Position numbers and translations under genes: made by a program. This document shows positions 46,130-55,825 of a stretch of DNA of 64,000 bases, in pieces. Under the pieces are notes generated by a model, which saw only the letters and a program-made list of their open reading frames with translations, was not told the DNA's origin and did not search any database. Source of the stretch: an uncultured Gemmatimonadales bacterium (lineage in GTDB: Bacteria; Gemmatimonadota; Gemmatimonadetes; Longimicrobiales; RSA9); contig CAWCUS010000002.1 in assembly GCA_963798845.1 (NCBI GenBank), positions 834,058 to 898,057 on the forward strand. Direction: 5' to 3'. Within the stretch, counting starts at the first letter, position 1; each line of letters opens with the position of its first letter.

Positions 46130-48585
46130 ACCGACACGCCTTCCGCGTCCTCCAGCTTTCCGCTGCTCTCGACGTGGTCGCTGAGCGGGCCACGAGCGAC
46201 CTCGGCGCCGCGGCCGTGCGCGCGCTCGAGCCCACCGATGCGCGGGCGTGGGTGGAGGCGGAGATGGGTCGCGTGCACGCCATGATGTCGTTCGTGCAGC
46301 GGACGGAAGGGTGGGCCGTTCCCGCGATCCCGGACCTGCGCGGCGAGCTGACGCGGCTGGCCAAGCGGGGCTCCGTGTGGGACGGGCGGACGCTTCTCGA
46401 CGGTGCGGCGCTCATGCGCGCCAGCCGCAGCACCCGGCAGGCGCTGGGGCGGCACACGGAAGAGCTGCCGGCGCTGCGCGGATTGCGCGAGCGCATGGCG
46501 GACCTCGAGGACGAGGCTCGAGCCATCGACCGCGCCATCGACGACGCCGGCGACGTCCGCGATGATGCCAGTCCCGCCCTCGGCCGGATCCGGCGCGAGC
46601 TGCGCGCCCAGCGCAGCAGCATCGTGGAGCGCCTCGAGCGGTTCATCGCCGCCCTGCCGGAATCGCACCGCGTAGCGGACGCCTCCGTCACGGTACGGGA
46701 GGGGAGGTACGTGATCCCCGTGCGGCGAGAAGGCCGCTCCCGGGTGGGCGGGATCGTGCACGACGAGTCGGCCACCGGGACGACGCTCTTCATCGAGCCC
46801 CCGATGGCGCTGGACTTGATGAACCGCGTTCGCGAGCTGGAGCTGGCCGAAGCGCGCGAGGTGCAGCGTATCCTGGAGGTGCTCACCGACGCCCTCCGGC
46901 CCCACGCCGAGGAGCTGCGCGACAGCCTCGAAGCGCTCGTGGCGTTCGACTCTCTCTACGCCCGCGCCCGCTACGCGCTCGAGCACGCCGCCGAGCCCCC
47001 CGAGCTTTCGGACGACGCGGAAGTCTATGTGGTGGTGGCAGGCCGGCACCCGCTGCTGGCGGAGGCGGACCGGGGCGTCATCCCGTTCGACCTCCAGCTC
47101 GACCCGGGCGAGCGCACGCTCGTGGTCTCCGGCCCCAACACGGGCGGCAAGACCGTGCTCCTGAAGAGCATCGGGCTGCTCAGCCTCATGGCGCAGGCGG
47201 GCGTCGTCCCGCCGGTCGCGAAAGGGACGCGGCTCCCCATCTTCGGCGACGTCTTCGCCGACATAGGCGACGAGCAGTCCATCGAGGCCAGCCTTTCCAC
47301 CTTCTCGGCCCACCTCTCGAACCTGCGGGAGATCGTGGCCGAGGCCACGCACCGGTCCCTGGTGCTCATCGACGAGATCGGCAGCGGAACGGATCCGACC
47401 GAGGGGGCGGCGCTGGCACGCGCGATCCTCGTGGAGCTGACGCGGCGGGGCACGCTGACCGTGGCCACGTCGCACCTGGGACAGCTCAAGGTGCTGGCGG
47501 GCGAGGAAGCGGGAGTCGTGAACGCATCGCTCCAGTTCGACTCCGACCGGCTCGAGCCTACGTACCGTCTCCTCAAGGGGATTCCCGGGCGCAGCTACGG
47601 GCTGGCGATCGCCCGCCGGCTCGGCTTCCACGAGTCGCTCCTGGAGCAGGCTGAATCGCTGCTCCCGCGCGGGGAGCGGGACGTGAGCCAGCTCCTGGCC
47701 GAGCTGGAGACCAAGGAGGGCGAGCTGGCGGAAGCCGTGGTGAGCGCCGAGCGCGAGCGCGCGGCCGCGGAAACGGCACGGGCGGACGCAAATGCGCTGC
47801 GGCAGGAGATGGAGGTTCGAGCGCGCGAGGTGCGACGGCGGGAGCAGGACGCGGAGCGCCGCGCCCGTCAGCAGGCAAGGGACCTCCTCATGAACGCGCG
47901 CCGGGAAGTTGAATCGGCGATCGAAGAGCTGCGCCGCACGGTGGAAGCCGGGGCGGGAGCCAAGGCGTTCGAGGAGGCCGCGACGGCCGCGAGGCGGCGG
48001 GTCGAGCAGGCGGCGAGCCGACAGGTGGAGAAGGCGCCGGACCGCCCCGCCGAGCCCGACCCGGAGGTCGACCCGGATCTCGCCGGTGAAGTGGAGACGG
48101 GGGCCACGGTGCGGATCGCGGCCACGGGAGCGCGCGGCACGGTCGTGGAGGTGCGGGACGGTCGGGCCACGGTCGAGAGTGGAGGGCTGCGGCTGGACCT
48201 GCGCCTCGCCGACCTGGAGCCGGCCGCGCCGCAGCCACCAGGGGGGGCCGGACGGCGGTCGGGCGGTGGAAAGGGGGGCGGAGGGGGCGCCGCCCAGGCG
48301 CCGGAGCGGCGGGGCGGCGGCTGGAGCGGGCCGGAAGTGAACGCGTCGCCGGAAGTGCAGCTGCTGGGCCTGCGGGCGGAGGAGGTGGCGGGAAGGCTGC
48401 AGCCCGCACTGGACGCGGCCATCCAGGCGGGGCTGCCGAGCCTGCGCATCGTGCATGGGAAGGGAACGGGCGTGCTGCGCGAGGTGGTGGCCGAGCTGCT
48501 CTCCGGGGACCCGCGGGTGGTCTCGTTCCGCGCGGGCCAGCTGGGGGAGGGAGGCAGCGGCGTGACGGTCGCGGAGCTGGGATGA
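46126..48585 (+). CDS. mutS2: Endonuclease MutS2
   Basis: VHDESATGTTLFIEP, SGPNTGGKT, DIGDEQSIEASLSTFSAH, Smr domain IVHGKGTG. Confidence 0.96.
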   Translation: MNRHAFRVLQLSAALDVVAERATSDLGAAAVRALEPTDARAWVEAEMGRVHAMMSFVQRTEGWAVPAIPDLRGELTRLAKRGSVWDGRTLLDGAALMRASRSTRQALGRHTEELPALRGLRERMADLEDEARAIDRAIDDAGDVRDDASPALGRIRRELRAQRSSIVERLERFIAALPESHRVADASVTVREGRYVIPVRREGRSRVGGIVHDESATGTTLFIEPPMALDLMNRVRELELAEAREVQRILEVLTDALRPHAEELRDSLEALVAFDSLYARARYALEHAAEPPELSDDAEVYVVVAGRHPLLAEADRGVIPFDLQLDPGERTLVVSGPNTGGKTVLLKSIGLLSLMAQAGVVPPVAKGTRLPIFGDVFADIGDEQSIEASLSTFSAHLSNLREIVAEATHRSLVLIDEIGSGTDPTEGAALARAILVELTRRGTLTVATSHLGQLKVLAGEEAGVVNASLQFDSDRLEPTYRLLKGIPGRSYGLAIARRLGFHESLLEQAESLLPRGERDVSQLLAELETKEGELAEAVVSAERERAAAETARADANALRQEMEVRAREVRRREQDAERRARQQARDLLMNARREVESAIEELRRTVEAGAGAKAFEEAATAARRRVEQAASRQVEKAPDRPAEPDPEVDPDLAGEVETGATVRIAATGARGTVVEVRDGRATVESGGLRLDLRLADLEPAAPQPPGGAGRRSGGGKGGGGGAAQAPERRGGGWSGPEVNASPEVQLLGLRAEEVAGRLQPALDAAIQAGLPSLRIVHGKGTGVLREVVAELLSGDPRVVSFRAGQLGEGGSGVTVAELG

Positions 48586-50378
48586 TCCCCGATCACGTGG
48601 TGGATGAGGTGCGCGAGCGCGCGGACATCGTCGAGGTGATCGGCGAGTTCGTGTCGTTGAAGCGCTCCGGCAAGGACTTCAAGGCGCTCTGCCCGTTCCA
48701 TCACGAGAAGACGCCGTCGTTCTACGTCGTCCCGGGCAAGGGTTTCTACAAGTGCTTCGGCTGCGGCGAGTCGGGCGACGTGTTCTCCTTCCTCATGAAG
48801 CACGCCGGACTCAGCTTCAACGAGGCGGTGGAAAAGCTGGCAGCGCGCGAGGGAGTCGAGATCCCGCGCACCGAAAGCCGCCCGGAGGACGACCCGCTGC
48901 GCGCCCACCGGGAGGTCGTGGCGTATGCCGCGGACTTCTACCAGCGCCAGCTGCGTGATGAGCGGGTGGGCGAGCGCGCCAGGCGGTACCTGGCGCAGCG
49001 GGGGATCGATGAGCCGGCGGTCGAGCGCTTCCTGCTCGGCTACGCCCCCGACGACTGGCGAGCGTTGCGCGAGGCCGCGGCCCATCACGGCTACGAGGAC
49101 GAGCTGCTCGAAGCGGCAGGGCTGGTGAAGCGGAGCGAGAAGAGCCCGGAGCCGTACGACCGCCTGCGGGACCGGCTGGTCTTCCCCATCACCGACGTGC
49201 GAGGGCGCGTGATCGCCTTCGGTGGCCGTGTCATCGGGGGCGACGCCGCGGGGCCGAAGTACCTGAACTCTCCCGAGACGCCGCTGTACCACAAGGGTCG
49301 GGAGCTGTACGGTCTGCACTGGGCGAAATCGGCCATCCGGCGGGAGTCGGCCGCACTGGTCGTGGAAGGGTACATGGACTACGTTTCGCTGGCCGCGCGG
49401 GGAGTGGAGAACGTGGTCGCAACGCTGGGCACCGCCATGACGCCGGAGCAGGCGCAACTGGTCACGCGCTACGCCAGCCAGGTCCTGATGCTCTACGACA
49501 GCGACCCGGCGGGGTTGCGCGCGACCTTCCGCGCGGGAGACGAAGTGCTGCGGGCCGGCGGCCACCCGATGGTGGTCACCCTGCCGCCCGGCGAGGACCC
49601 CGACTCGGTGGCTCGCCGCGCGGGCGCCGCCGCGCTGGAGCCGTTCCTGGACGGGGCGGTGGACCTGCTGGAGCGCAAGTTCCAGATCCTGGAGGAGCGC
49701 GGGTACTTCGAGGACGTGGATGGCGTCCGCAAGGCGCTGGACGGTCTGCTCCCGACGCTCCGCGCCGCACGCGACGCCACGCTCCGGGACATCTACCTGG
49801 ATCGGGTGGAGAAGCGCACCGGGGTGCGAAGGGAGACGCTGGAGAACGAGATCCAGGCCGCCTCCCCGTCGCCACGTCGAGCTGCGGCGCAACGCCGGGA
49901 GGCGCCACGACCGGCTCCCGCCCGAGATGCGGCGGAACGGCTGCTTCTGCTTCTGCTGGCGCGCGACCGGCAGCGGCTGGAACAGGTGGTCGATGCGGTT
50001 TCGCCCGAGTCGTTCCGGGGCGCGGTGAACCGTGAGCTGTTCGAAGCCCTGCTCCGCCACGCGGCCGCCGGAGCTGATGAGACGGCGGCGCTGAAGGCGA
50101 GCGAGGAAGCGCGCGCGCTGCTGGAGGAGCTGCTGGCGGATGAGACCGAAGCGACGCATCCGGACGAGATGTTCGTGGACGCGCTGGAGGAGGTTTTGGT
50201 CAAACCCAAGCTGAAGCGGCTCCACGAGCTACAGGGTCTGATCGCGGAACGCTCGGGGCCGGACCAGACGGCTCTGCTGGCGGAGGCGTCTGCGCTGAAG
50301 CAGGAGCTGACCCGGAGGGCGGGCGAGATCCGCTCTCTGGGGGCGAAGGCATCCAACCGGTGGCGCCGGGGTGGATGA
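48582..50378 (+). CDS. dnaG: DNA primase
   Basis: CPFHHEKTPSF...CFGC, FGGR, KYLNSPET, VVEGYMD, YDSDPAG. Confidence 0.97.
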   Translation: MIPDHVVDEVRERADIVEVIGEFVSLKRSGKDFKALCPFHHEKTPSFYVVPGKGFYKCFGCGESGDVFSFLMKHAGLSFNEAVEKLAAREGVEIPRTESRPEDDPLRAHREVVAYAADFYQRQLRDERVGERARRYLAQRGIDEPAVERFLLGYAPDDWRALREAAAHHGYEDELLEAAGLVKRSEKSPEPYDRLRDRLVFPITDVRGRVIAFGGRVIGGDAAGPKYLNSPETPLYHKGRELYGLHWAKSAIRRESAALVVEGYMDYVSLAARGVENVVATLGTAMTPEQAQLVTRYASQVLMLYDSDPAGLRATFRAGDEVLRAGGHPMVVTLPPGEDPDSVARRAGAAALEPFLDGAVDLLERKFQILEERGYFEDVDGVRKALDGLLPTLRAARDATLRDIYLDRVEKRTGVRRETLENEIQAASPSPRRAAAQRREAPRPAPARDAAERLLLLLLARDRQRLEQVVDAVSPESFRGAVNRELFEALLRHAAAGADETAALKASEEARALLEELLADETEATHPDEMFVDALEEVLVKPKLKRLHELQGLIAERSGPDQTALLAEASALKQELTRRAGEIRSLGAKASNRWRRGG

Positions 50379-50414
50379 TGCGGTCCCCAAGTGGATCCCA
50401 CACGGAAGAGGAGG

Positions 50415-51125
50415 ATGATGGAGGAGACCTACCAGGCACTGCTGGAGCTGCAGGAGCTGGACCTGAGGATGGAGGAGGCGCGCGAGCAGGTGCGTCGGTT
50501 CGAGCCCGAGCTCGAGGTGCTGGAAGCCCCCGTCCTGGCGGCGGAGCAGGAAGTGGAGTCGCTGCGGAAGCGGCTGGATGAGCTGAAGGCGGAGGCACGG
50601 CGGCTGGAGCGCGGAGCGGAGGACAAGCAGGCCCAGCTGAAGAAGTACGAGAGCCACCTGGACCGGGTGCGGAACGCGCGCGAGGAATCGGCGGCGCGGG
50701 CGGAGCTGGACCTGATCCGAAAGGCGATCGAGGCGGACGAGACCGACGCGCTGACGGTGCTGGACCAGGTTCGCCGCACCGAGCTGAAGCTGGACGAGCT
50801 GGAGAAGAAGCTTGCAACGACGCGGGCGGAAGCGGCCCCACGTCGCCAGGAGCTGCTGGAGGGCCGGGACACGGCGGCGAAGGACCTCCAGGTCCTGGAG
50901 CAGCAGCGCGAGAACAAGCTCGTGCGCATGAACGGCAACGCCGCCCGACTGTACGAGCGGATCCGGGGCGGGAAGACGACCGTGGCGCTGGCCAGCCTCA
51001 CAGCCGACGGGGCGTGCGGCCACTGCTTCAGCATCATCCCGCTGCAGGAGCGGAACGAGATCCGGCGTGGCGAGGCGCTGCACCGTTGCGAGGCGTGCGG
51101 AGTGATCCTGTACGCCGACGACTGA
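50415..51125 (+). CDS. Coiled-coil protein with C4-type zinc ribbon (DUF164-like)
   Basis: LLELQELD start, long coiled coil, CGHC...CEACGVILY. Confidence 0.88.
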   Translation: MMEETYQALLELQELDLRMEEAREQVRRFEPELEVLEAPVLAAEQEVESLRKRLDELKAEARRLERGAEDKQAQLKKYESHLDRVRNAREESAARAELDLIRKAIEADETDALTVLDQVRRTELKLDELEKKLATTRAEAAPRRQELLEGRDTAAKDLQVLEQQRENKLVRMNGNAARLYERIRGGKTTVALASLTADGACGHCFSIIPLQERNEIRRGEALHRCEACGVILYADD

Positions 51126-51162
51126 TCCCCCGCACGGCCGGCCGGGTCCGGCCCCCAGAACC

Positions 51163-52890
51163 ATGACCACGGTACCGCCTCCCGCCCGACGCTGGCGTGT
51201 GAACGGCGCCCCCTCCGCAACCGAGGCCGCGCGCCTCGCCGCGGAGCTGCACCTGCCGGGGCCGCTCTGTCAGCTCCTGGTGGCTCGCGGCCACGCGGAG
51301 CCCGAATCCGCCAGGGCCTTCCTCCGGCCGTCGCTCGACGCCCTCCACGACCCGACCACCCTCACGGACCTGCCCGTCGCGCTCGACCGCCTCCGCTCCG
51401 CCATCGATCGGGGCGAGACCATCCTGGTCCACGGCGACTACGACGTGGACGGGATGTGCGCGGCCGCGCTGTACACGGGCGTGCTCCGACTGCTGGGCGC
51501 ACGCGTCGTCCCGTTCGTGCCCCACCGGACGCGCGATGGCTACGACCTCGGACCGGCCGGGATCCGGCGGGCGGCGGAGGCGGACGCCCGCGTCATCCTC
51601 ACCGCCGACTGCGGCACGGTGGCTCACGACGCGGTGGAGGCGGCGGGACGGGCCGGGATGGACGTGGTGGTGACGGACCACCACACGCCGGCCGCGACGC
51701 TCCCCGCCGCGCGGGCCGTCGTGAATCCCAGGCGAGAGGACTGCCATTACCCGAACCCGCACCTGTCGGGAACCGGCGTGGCGTTCAAGGTCTCGCTGGC
51801 GCTGGCACGCTCGTACGGCGTGGCGGAGCGCGAGATCCACTACTTCCTCGACCTGGTGGCGCTGGCCACCGTTGCGGACGTAATGCCGCTGACCGGGGAA
51901 AACCGGGTCATGACGCACTTCGGGCTGCGCGTCCTGCGGGCGACCCGAAACCCCGGTCTCCGCGCGCTCGTGGAGGTGGCCGGGCTGGGGGACCGGGCCC
52001 TCACCGCGGGCCACCTGAGTCACGGGCTGGGACCCAGGCTGAACGCAATCGGCCGCCTTGACGACGCCGGCACCGGGCTCGCCCTCCTCCTCTCCGACGG
52101 GAGCGGCGCGGGCGCCCTGGCGGCGGCCCTGGAGTCGGCCAACGCCCGGCGGCAGTCGATGGACCGCGACATGGTGGCCCGGGCGCAGGCGCTGCTCGAA
52201 CGCCGAGATCGAGCGGGCCGCGACCGCGCCATCGTCCTGGCCGAAGAGGGGTGGCACGCCGGTGTGATCGGGATCGTCGCGTCGCGGCTGGTGGAGCTCT
52301 ATCATCGCCCCACCGTGCTGATCGCGATCCCCGGCGACGGCGGCCTCGCCCGCGGAAGCGCCCGCTCCATCCCCGGCTTCGATCTCCTCGATGCGGTGCG
52401 CGCGTGCGGCGAGCACCTGGAGCGCTTCGGCGGCCATGCGGCCGCGGCCGGCTTCGACATCCGCCCCGATCACGTCGAGGCGTTCCGGGCGGCGTTCGAG
52501 GAGGAGAGCCGGCGCCGGCTGCCCGACCCGCCGGTGCCCGAGCTGCGGGTGGACCTGGAGCTGACGCTGGGAGAGGTCACCCCCGAGCTGGTCAGGTACC
52601 TGGCGCACGCCGGGCCGTTCGGCGCCGGGAATCCGACGCCGGTGTTCGCGTTCCGCGGCATTCGCGCGGCGGACGCCAAGGCGGTCGGGGCGGAGAGCCA
52701 CCATCTGAAGCTGCGTCTCGTGGACGGCAGCGCGTCTCTGCCGGCGATCGCCTTCCGCATGGCGGGGAGTCACGGCCATCTTGCCGGCTCCGGCGAGCCG
52801 GTGGACGTGGCCGCGCAGCTCCAGGAGGACAGCTGGAATGGGCGGCGCCGCATCCAGGCACGGGTCTTGGACCTGCGGCCGGCGGAGTGA
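51163..52890 (+). CDS. recJ: ssDNA-specific exonuclease RecJ
   Basis: HGDYDVDG, TADCG, TDHH, ATVAD, PRLNA, GSARS, GGHAAAAG. Confidence 0.97.
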   Translation: MTTVPPPARRWRVNGAPSATEAARLAAELHLPGPLCQLLVARGHAEPESARAFLRPSLDALHDPTTLTDLPVALDRLRSAIDRGETILVHGDYDVDGMCAAALYTGVLRLLGARVVPFVPHRTRDGYDLGPAGIRRAAEADARVILTADCGTVAHDAVEAAGRAGMDVVVTDHHTPAATLPAARAVVNPRREDCHYPNPHLSGTGVAFKVSLALARSYGVAEREIHYFLDLVALATVADVMPLTGENRVMTHFGLRVLRATRNPGLRALVEVAGLGDRALTAGHLSHGLGPRLNAIGRLDDAGTGLALLLSDGSGAGALAAALESANARRQSMDRDMVARAQALLERRDRAGRDRAIVLAEEGWHAGVIGIVASRLVELYHRPTVLIAIPGDGGLARGSARSIPGFDLLDAVRACGEHLERFGGHAAAAGFDIRPDHVEAFRAAFEEESRRRLPDPPVPELRVDLELTLGEVTPELVRYLAHAGPFGAGNPTPVFAFRGIRAADAKAVGAESHHLKLRLVDGSASLPAIAFRMAGSHGHLAGSGEPVDVAAQLQEDSWNGRRRIQARVLDLRPAE

Positions 52891-53417
52891 TGCGCATCAT
52901 CGCGGGCCGGTGGCGCGGCCATCCGATCCAGGCGCCGCCCGGAGGACGGACCCGGCCGACCACGGATCGGGTCCGCGAGGCGTGGATGAGCATGCTCCAG
53001 CCGGTGCTCGAGGACGCGCGCGTCCTCGACCTCTTCGCCGGCTCGGGCGGCCTGGGGCTCGAGGCCCTCTCGCGCGGCGCCCGCCATGCCACCTTCGTGG
53101 AGAAGGCCGGCCCGGCGCTTCGGACGCTGCGTGCCAACATCCAGAAACTGGAGGCCGGTCCCGTGACGGAGATCGTGCGGGGCGACGCCGTGGCCTACGC
53201 GGAGCGGCTGGAGCCCGGGGCGTTCGACATCGTGCTGGCGGACCCGCCGTACGGCTCGGGCGAGGCGCGCGCCGTGGCCGACCTTTTCCTGCGGCGCCCG
53301 TTCGCGGACCTTCTATGGATCGAGCACCGCGTGAGCGACCCGCTCCCGGAGGATGGGGACGCGGACACCCGGCGCTACGGCGACACCTTGATCACCCGAT
53401 ACCGAGCCAGCGAATGA
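52890..53417 (+). CDS. rsmD: 16S rRNA (guanine966-N2) methyltransferase RsmD
   Basis: MRIIAG, TRPTTDRVRE, DLFAGSG, DPPY, YGDT. Confidence 0.95.
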   Translation: MRIIAGRWRGHPIQAPPGGRTRPTTDRVREAWMSMLQPVLEDARVLDLFAGSGGLGLEALSRGARHATFVEKAGPALRTLRANIQKLEAGPVTEIVRGDAVAYAERLEPGAFDIVLADPPYGSGEARAVADLFLRRPFADLLWIEHRVSDPLPEDGDADTRRYGDTLITRYRASE

Positions 53418-53920
53418 GCGAACCCAGCGGCTGCGCCACGGCCATCTACCCGGGCTCCTTCGACCCGATCACGAACGGTCATGTGGACATCGTCCGTCGC
53501 AGCCTGCGGTTCTGCGACCGCGTGGTCGTGGCGGTGGGGCACCGGGCCACCCAGCCGAAACAGGGGCTCTTCACGGTCGAGGAGCGGGTGGAGCTGATCC
53601 GCTCGGTGTTCGCCGATGAAGACCGGGTGGAAGCCACCGCCTTCACGGGCCTGCTCGTCGACTTCGCCAGGGAACGAGGCGTCCGCCTCATCGTGCGGGG
53701 CCTCCGGGCCGTGTCCGATTTCGAGTACGAGTTCCAGATGGCGTTGATGAACCGGGACCTGGATCCCGAGATCGAAACGCTGTTCCTGGCCCCCGACGCC
53801 CGATATTCCTTCCTCTCTGCCTCCCTGGTGCGCGAGATCGCCACCCTCGGCGGGGACGTGAGACAGTTCGTGGCGTCCGTGGTCCGGGACCGCCTGATAC
53901 GGAAGCTGACACCGCAATGA
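53414..53920 (+). CDS. coaD: Pantetheine-phosphate adenylyltransferase
   Basis: [24 protein letters not shown]. Confidence 0.97.
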   Translation: MSEPSGCATAIYPGSFDPITNGHVDIVRRSLRFCDRVVVAVGHRATQPKQGLFTVEERVELIRSVFADEDRVEATAFTGLLVDFARERGVRLIVRGLRAVSDFEYEFQMALMNRDLDPEIETLFLAPDARYSFLSASLVREIATLGGDVRQFVASVVRDRLIRKLTPQ

Positions 53921-54921
53921 GTGGATTTCTCGATACCATTGCGGAGCGGGCCACGGCGGCCCGACGCCGCATAGTCCTTCCGGAGGGACACGACCCCCGC
54001 ACCATCGACGCGGCCGTCCGCCTGAGGGCGGAGGAGCGCGTCACGCCGATCATCCTCGGGCCCATGGAGCAGCTCCGGCGGTCGCTGCACGAGAAGGGGG
54101 CGGACCCGGATGCGTTCCAGCTGAGAGACCCGGGCGCCGACGAGCGCTACCCCGTGTACGTCGAGCGGCTGATGGAGATCCGCAAGGACAGGGGGCTGAC
54201 CGAGGCGGACGCGCTCGCGTGGGCGAGGGACCCGCTGGTCTTCGGGGCCATGATGGTGCGCGAAGGGGAGGCGGATGGCTCCGTCGCCGGGGCCGACCAC
54301 CCCACGGGCGACGTGATCCGGGCCGCCATCCGCTGCGTGGGCCTCCGGCCGGGCATCTCCATCATCTCGTCCACCTTCTACATGGTTTGCCGGCCGTTCC
54401 GGACGGATGAGACCGACGAGGTGGTGCTCTCGTTCACGGACGGGGCCGTGGTCCCGGACCCGGACGCGCGGCAGCTCGCGGACATCGCCCGGGCATCGGT
54501 CGAGGCGAGGCGGAAGATCGTGGGGGACGAGCCGGTCGTCGCCTTTCTCTCCTTCTCGACGAAGGGGAGCGCGGAGCACTCGCGCGTGGACAAGGTGCGC
54601 GAGGCATTCGCCCTTTTCCGGGAGGCTGAGCCGGACGTGAAGGCGGACGGCGAACTGCAGGTGGACGCGGCGCTCATCCCGGCCGTCGCGAAGGGGAAGG
54701 CCCCCGAGTCGCCGGTGGTCGGGCGCGCGAACGTGCTGGTGTTCCCGGACCTGGACGCGGGCAACATCGCCTACAAGCTGGTGCAGCGGCTGGCGGCGGC
54801 GGAGGCGATCGGGCCCGTGCTCCAGGGGCTGGCAAAGCCGTGCAACGACCTGTCGCGCGGTGCCACGGCCGGCGATATCGTGGCCGTGGCCAGCCTGACG
54901 GCGTTGCAGGCGTCCGACTGA
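53917..54921 (+). CDS. pta: Phosphate acetyltransferase
   Basis: [41 protein letters not shown]. Confidence 0.94.
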   Translation: MSGFLDTIAERATAARRRIVLPEGHDPRTIDAAVRLRAEERVTPIILGPMEQLRRSLHEKGADPDAFQLRDPGADERYPVYVERLMEIRKDRGLTEADALAWARDPLVFGAMMVREGEADGSVAGADHPTGDVIRAAIRCVGLRPGISIISSTFYMVCRPFRTDETDEVVLSFTDGAVVPDPDARQLADIARASVEARRKIVGDEPVVAFLSFSTKGSAEHSRVDKVREAFALFREAEPDVKADGELQVDAALIPAVAKGKAPESPVVGRANVLVFPDLDAGNIAYKLVQRLAAAEAIGPVLQGLAKPCNDLSRGATAGDIVAVASLTALQASD

Positions 54922-54978
54922 CGAGGCACTTTTCTTGCCCCCGCGGGGCCAACGCATACGTACCGATACGGAGGGAGC

Positions 54979-55311
54979 ATGGGCTTCGAGGTGACCAAGC
55001 AGGACGACGTCACAGTCCTCGATGTCGAGGGACAGCTGATCGTCGGCAACCGGCAGGAGTTGAAGCAGAAGGTGCTGGAAGAGCTGGAAAACGGGGAGCG
55101 CAGGTTCCTCATCGACTTCGACCACACCGGCTACATCGACTCTTCGGGTCTGGGCGTCCTCGTGAGCCTGTCGAAGAAGATCCGCGAGCAGGGGGGCGAG
55201 CTGAGGCTGGCCAACCTGAACGAGGATCTGAGGACGCTGTTCGAGCTGACGAAGCTGGACACCCTGTTCCAGATCTCGAATAGCCGCGAGGAGGCGATGG
55301 GTTCCTTCTGA
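54979..55311 (+). CDS. STAS-domain anti-anti-sigma factor (RsbV/SpoIIAA-like)
   Basis: YIDSSGLGVLV phosphoacceptor motif, LFELTKLD. Confidence 0.93.
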   Translation: MGFEVTKQDDVTVLDVEGQLIVGNRQELKQKVLEELENGERRFLIDFDHTGYIDSSGLGVLVSLSKKIREQGGELRLANLNEDLRTLFELTKLDTLFQISNSREEAMGSF

Positions 55312-55387
55312 TCTACCTCGTCGTCGGGGTGCCCGTTATCCTACGGGTGGGCCGAACCCGACGCGCAACGCCGAACGAGGTGGGCGG

Positions 55388-55825
55388 ATGGAAGACCGAC
55401 ACGTCCTCGAGCTGCCGAACGACCTGGGCGCGATCGAGCGGAGCGTCGAGCACCTGCTCGATCGCTGCCGGGCCGCCGGCTTCGACGAGACGCGCCTGCG
55501 CCTGAACCTGCGCGTGGGCGTGGCCGAGGCGCTCGCGAACGCCATGCTCTACGGCAACTCGCGGGACCCGCGCAAGCGCGTTGTGCTGGAGTGCTGGTGC
55601 AACGAGCGGGAGGTGCGCGTCCGCGTCACCGACGAGGGCACCGGGTTCGACCCGGAGACGCTCCCGGATCCGACTCTCCCGCACAATCGCATGCGGGCCC
55701 GGGGCAGGGGCGTGTACCTGATCCGACAGCTCATGGACCGAGTCGAGTTCAACGACCAGGGCAACTCCATCGAGATGGTGCTCAAAGCGGAGTCCGATAC
55801 CCCTCGCCAGGAGCTGCGCGCGTGA
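55388..55825 (+). CDS. Anti-sigma factor Ser kinase (RsbW/SpoIIAB-like)
   Basis: EALANAMLYGN, DEGTGFD, GRGVYLIRQLMD. Confidence 0.92.
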   Translation: MEDRHVLELPNDLGAIERSVEHLLDRCRAAGFDETRLRLNLRVGVAEALANAMLYGNSRDPRKRVVLECWCNEREVRVRVTDEGTGFDPETLPDPTLPHNRMRARGRGVYLIRQLMDRVEFNDQGNSIEMVLKAESDTPRQELRA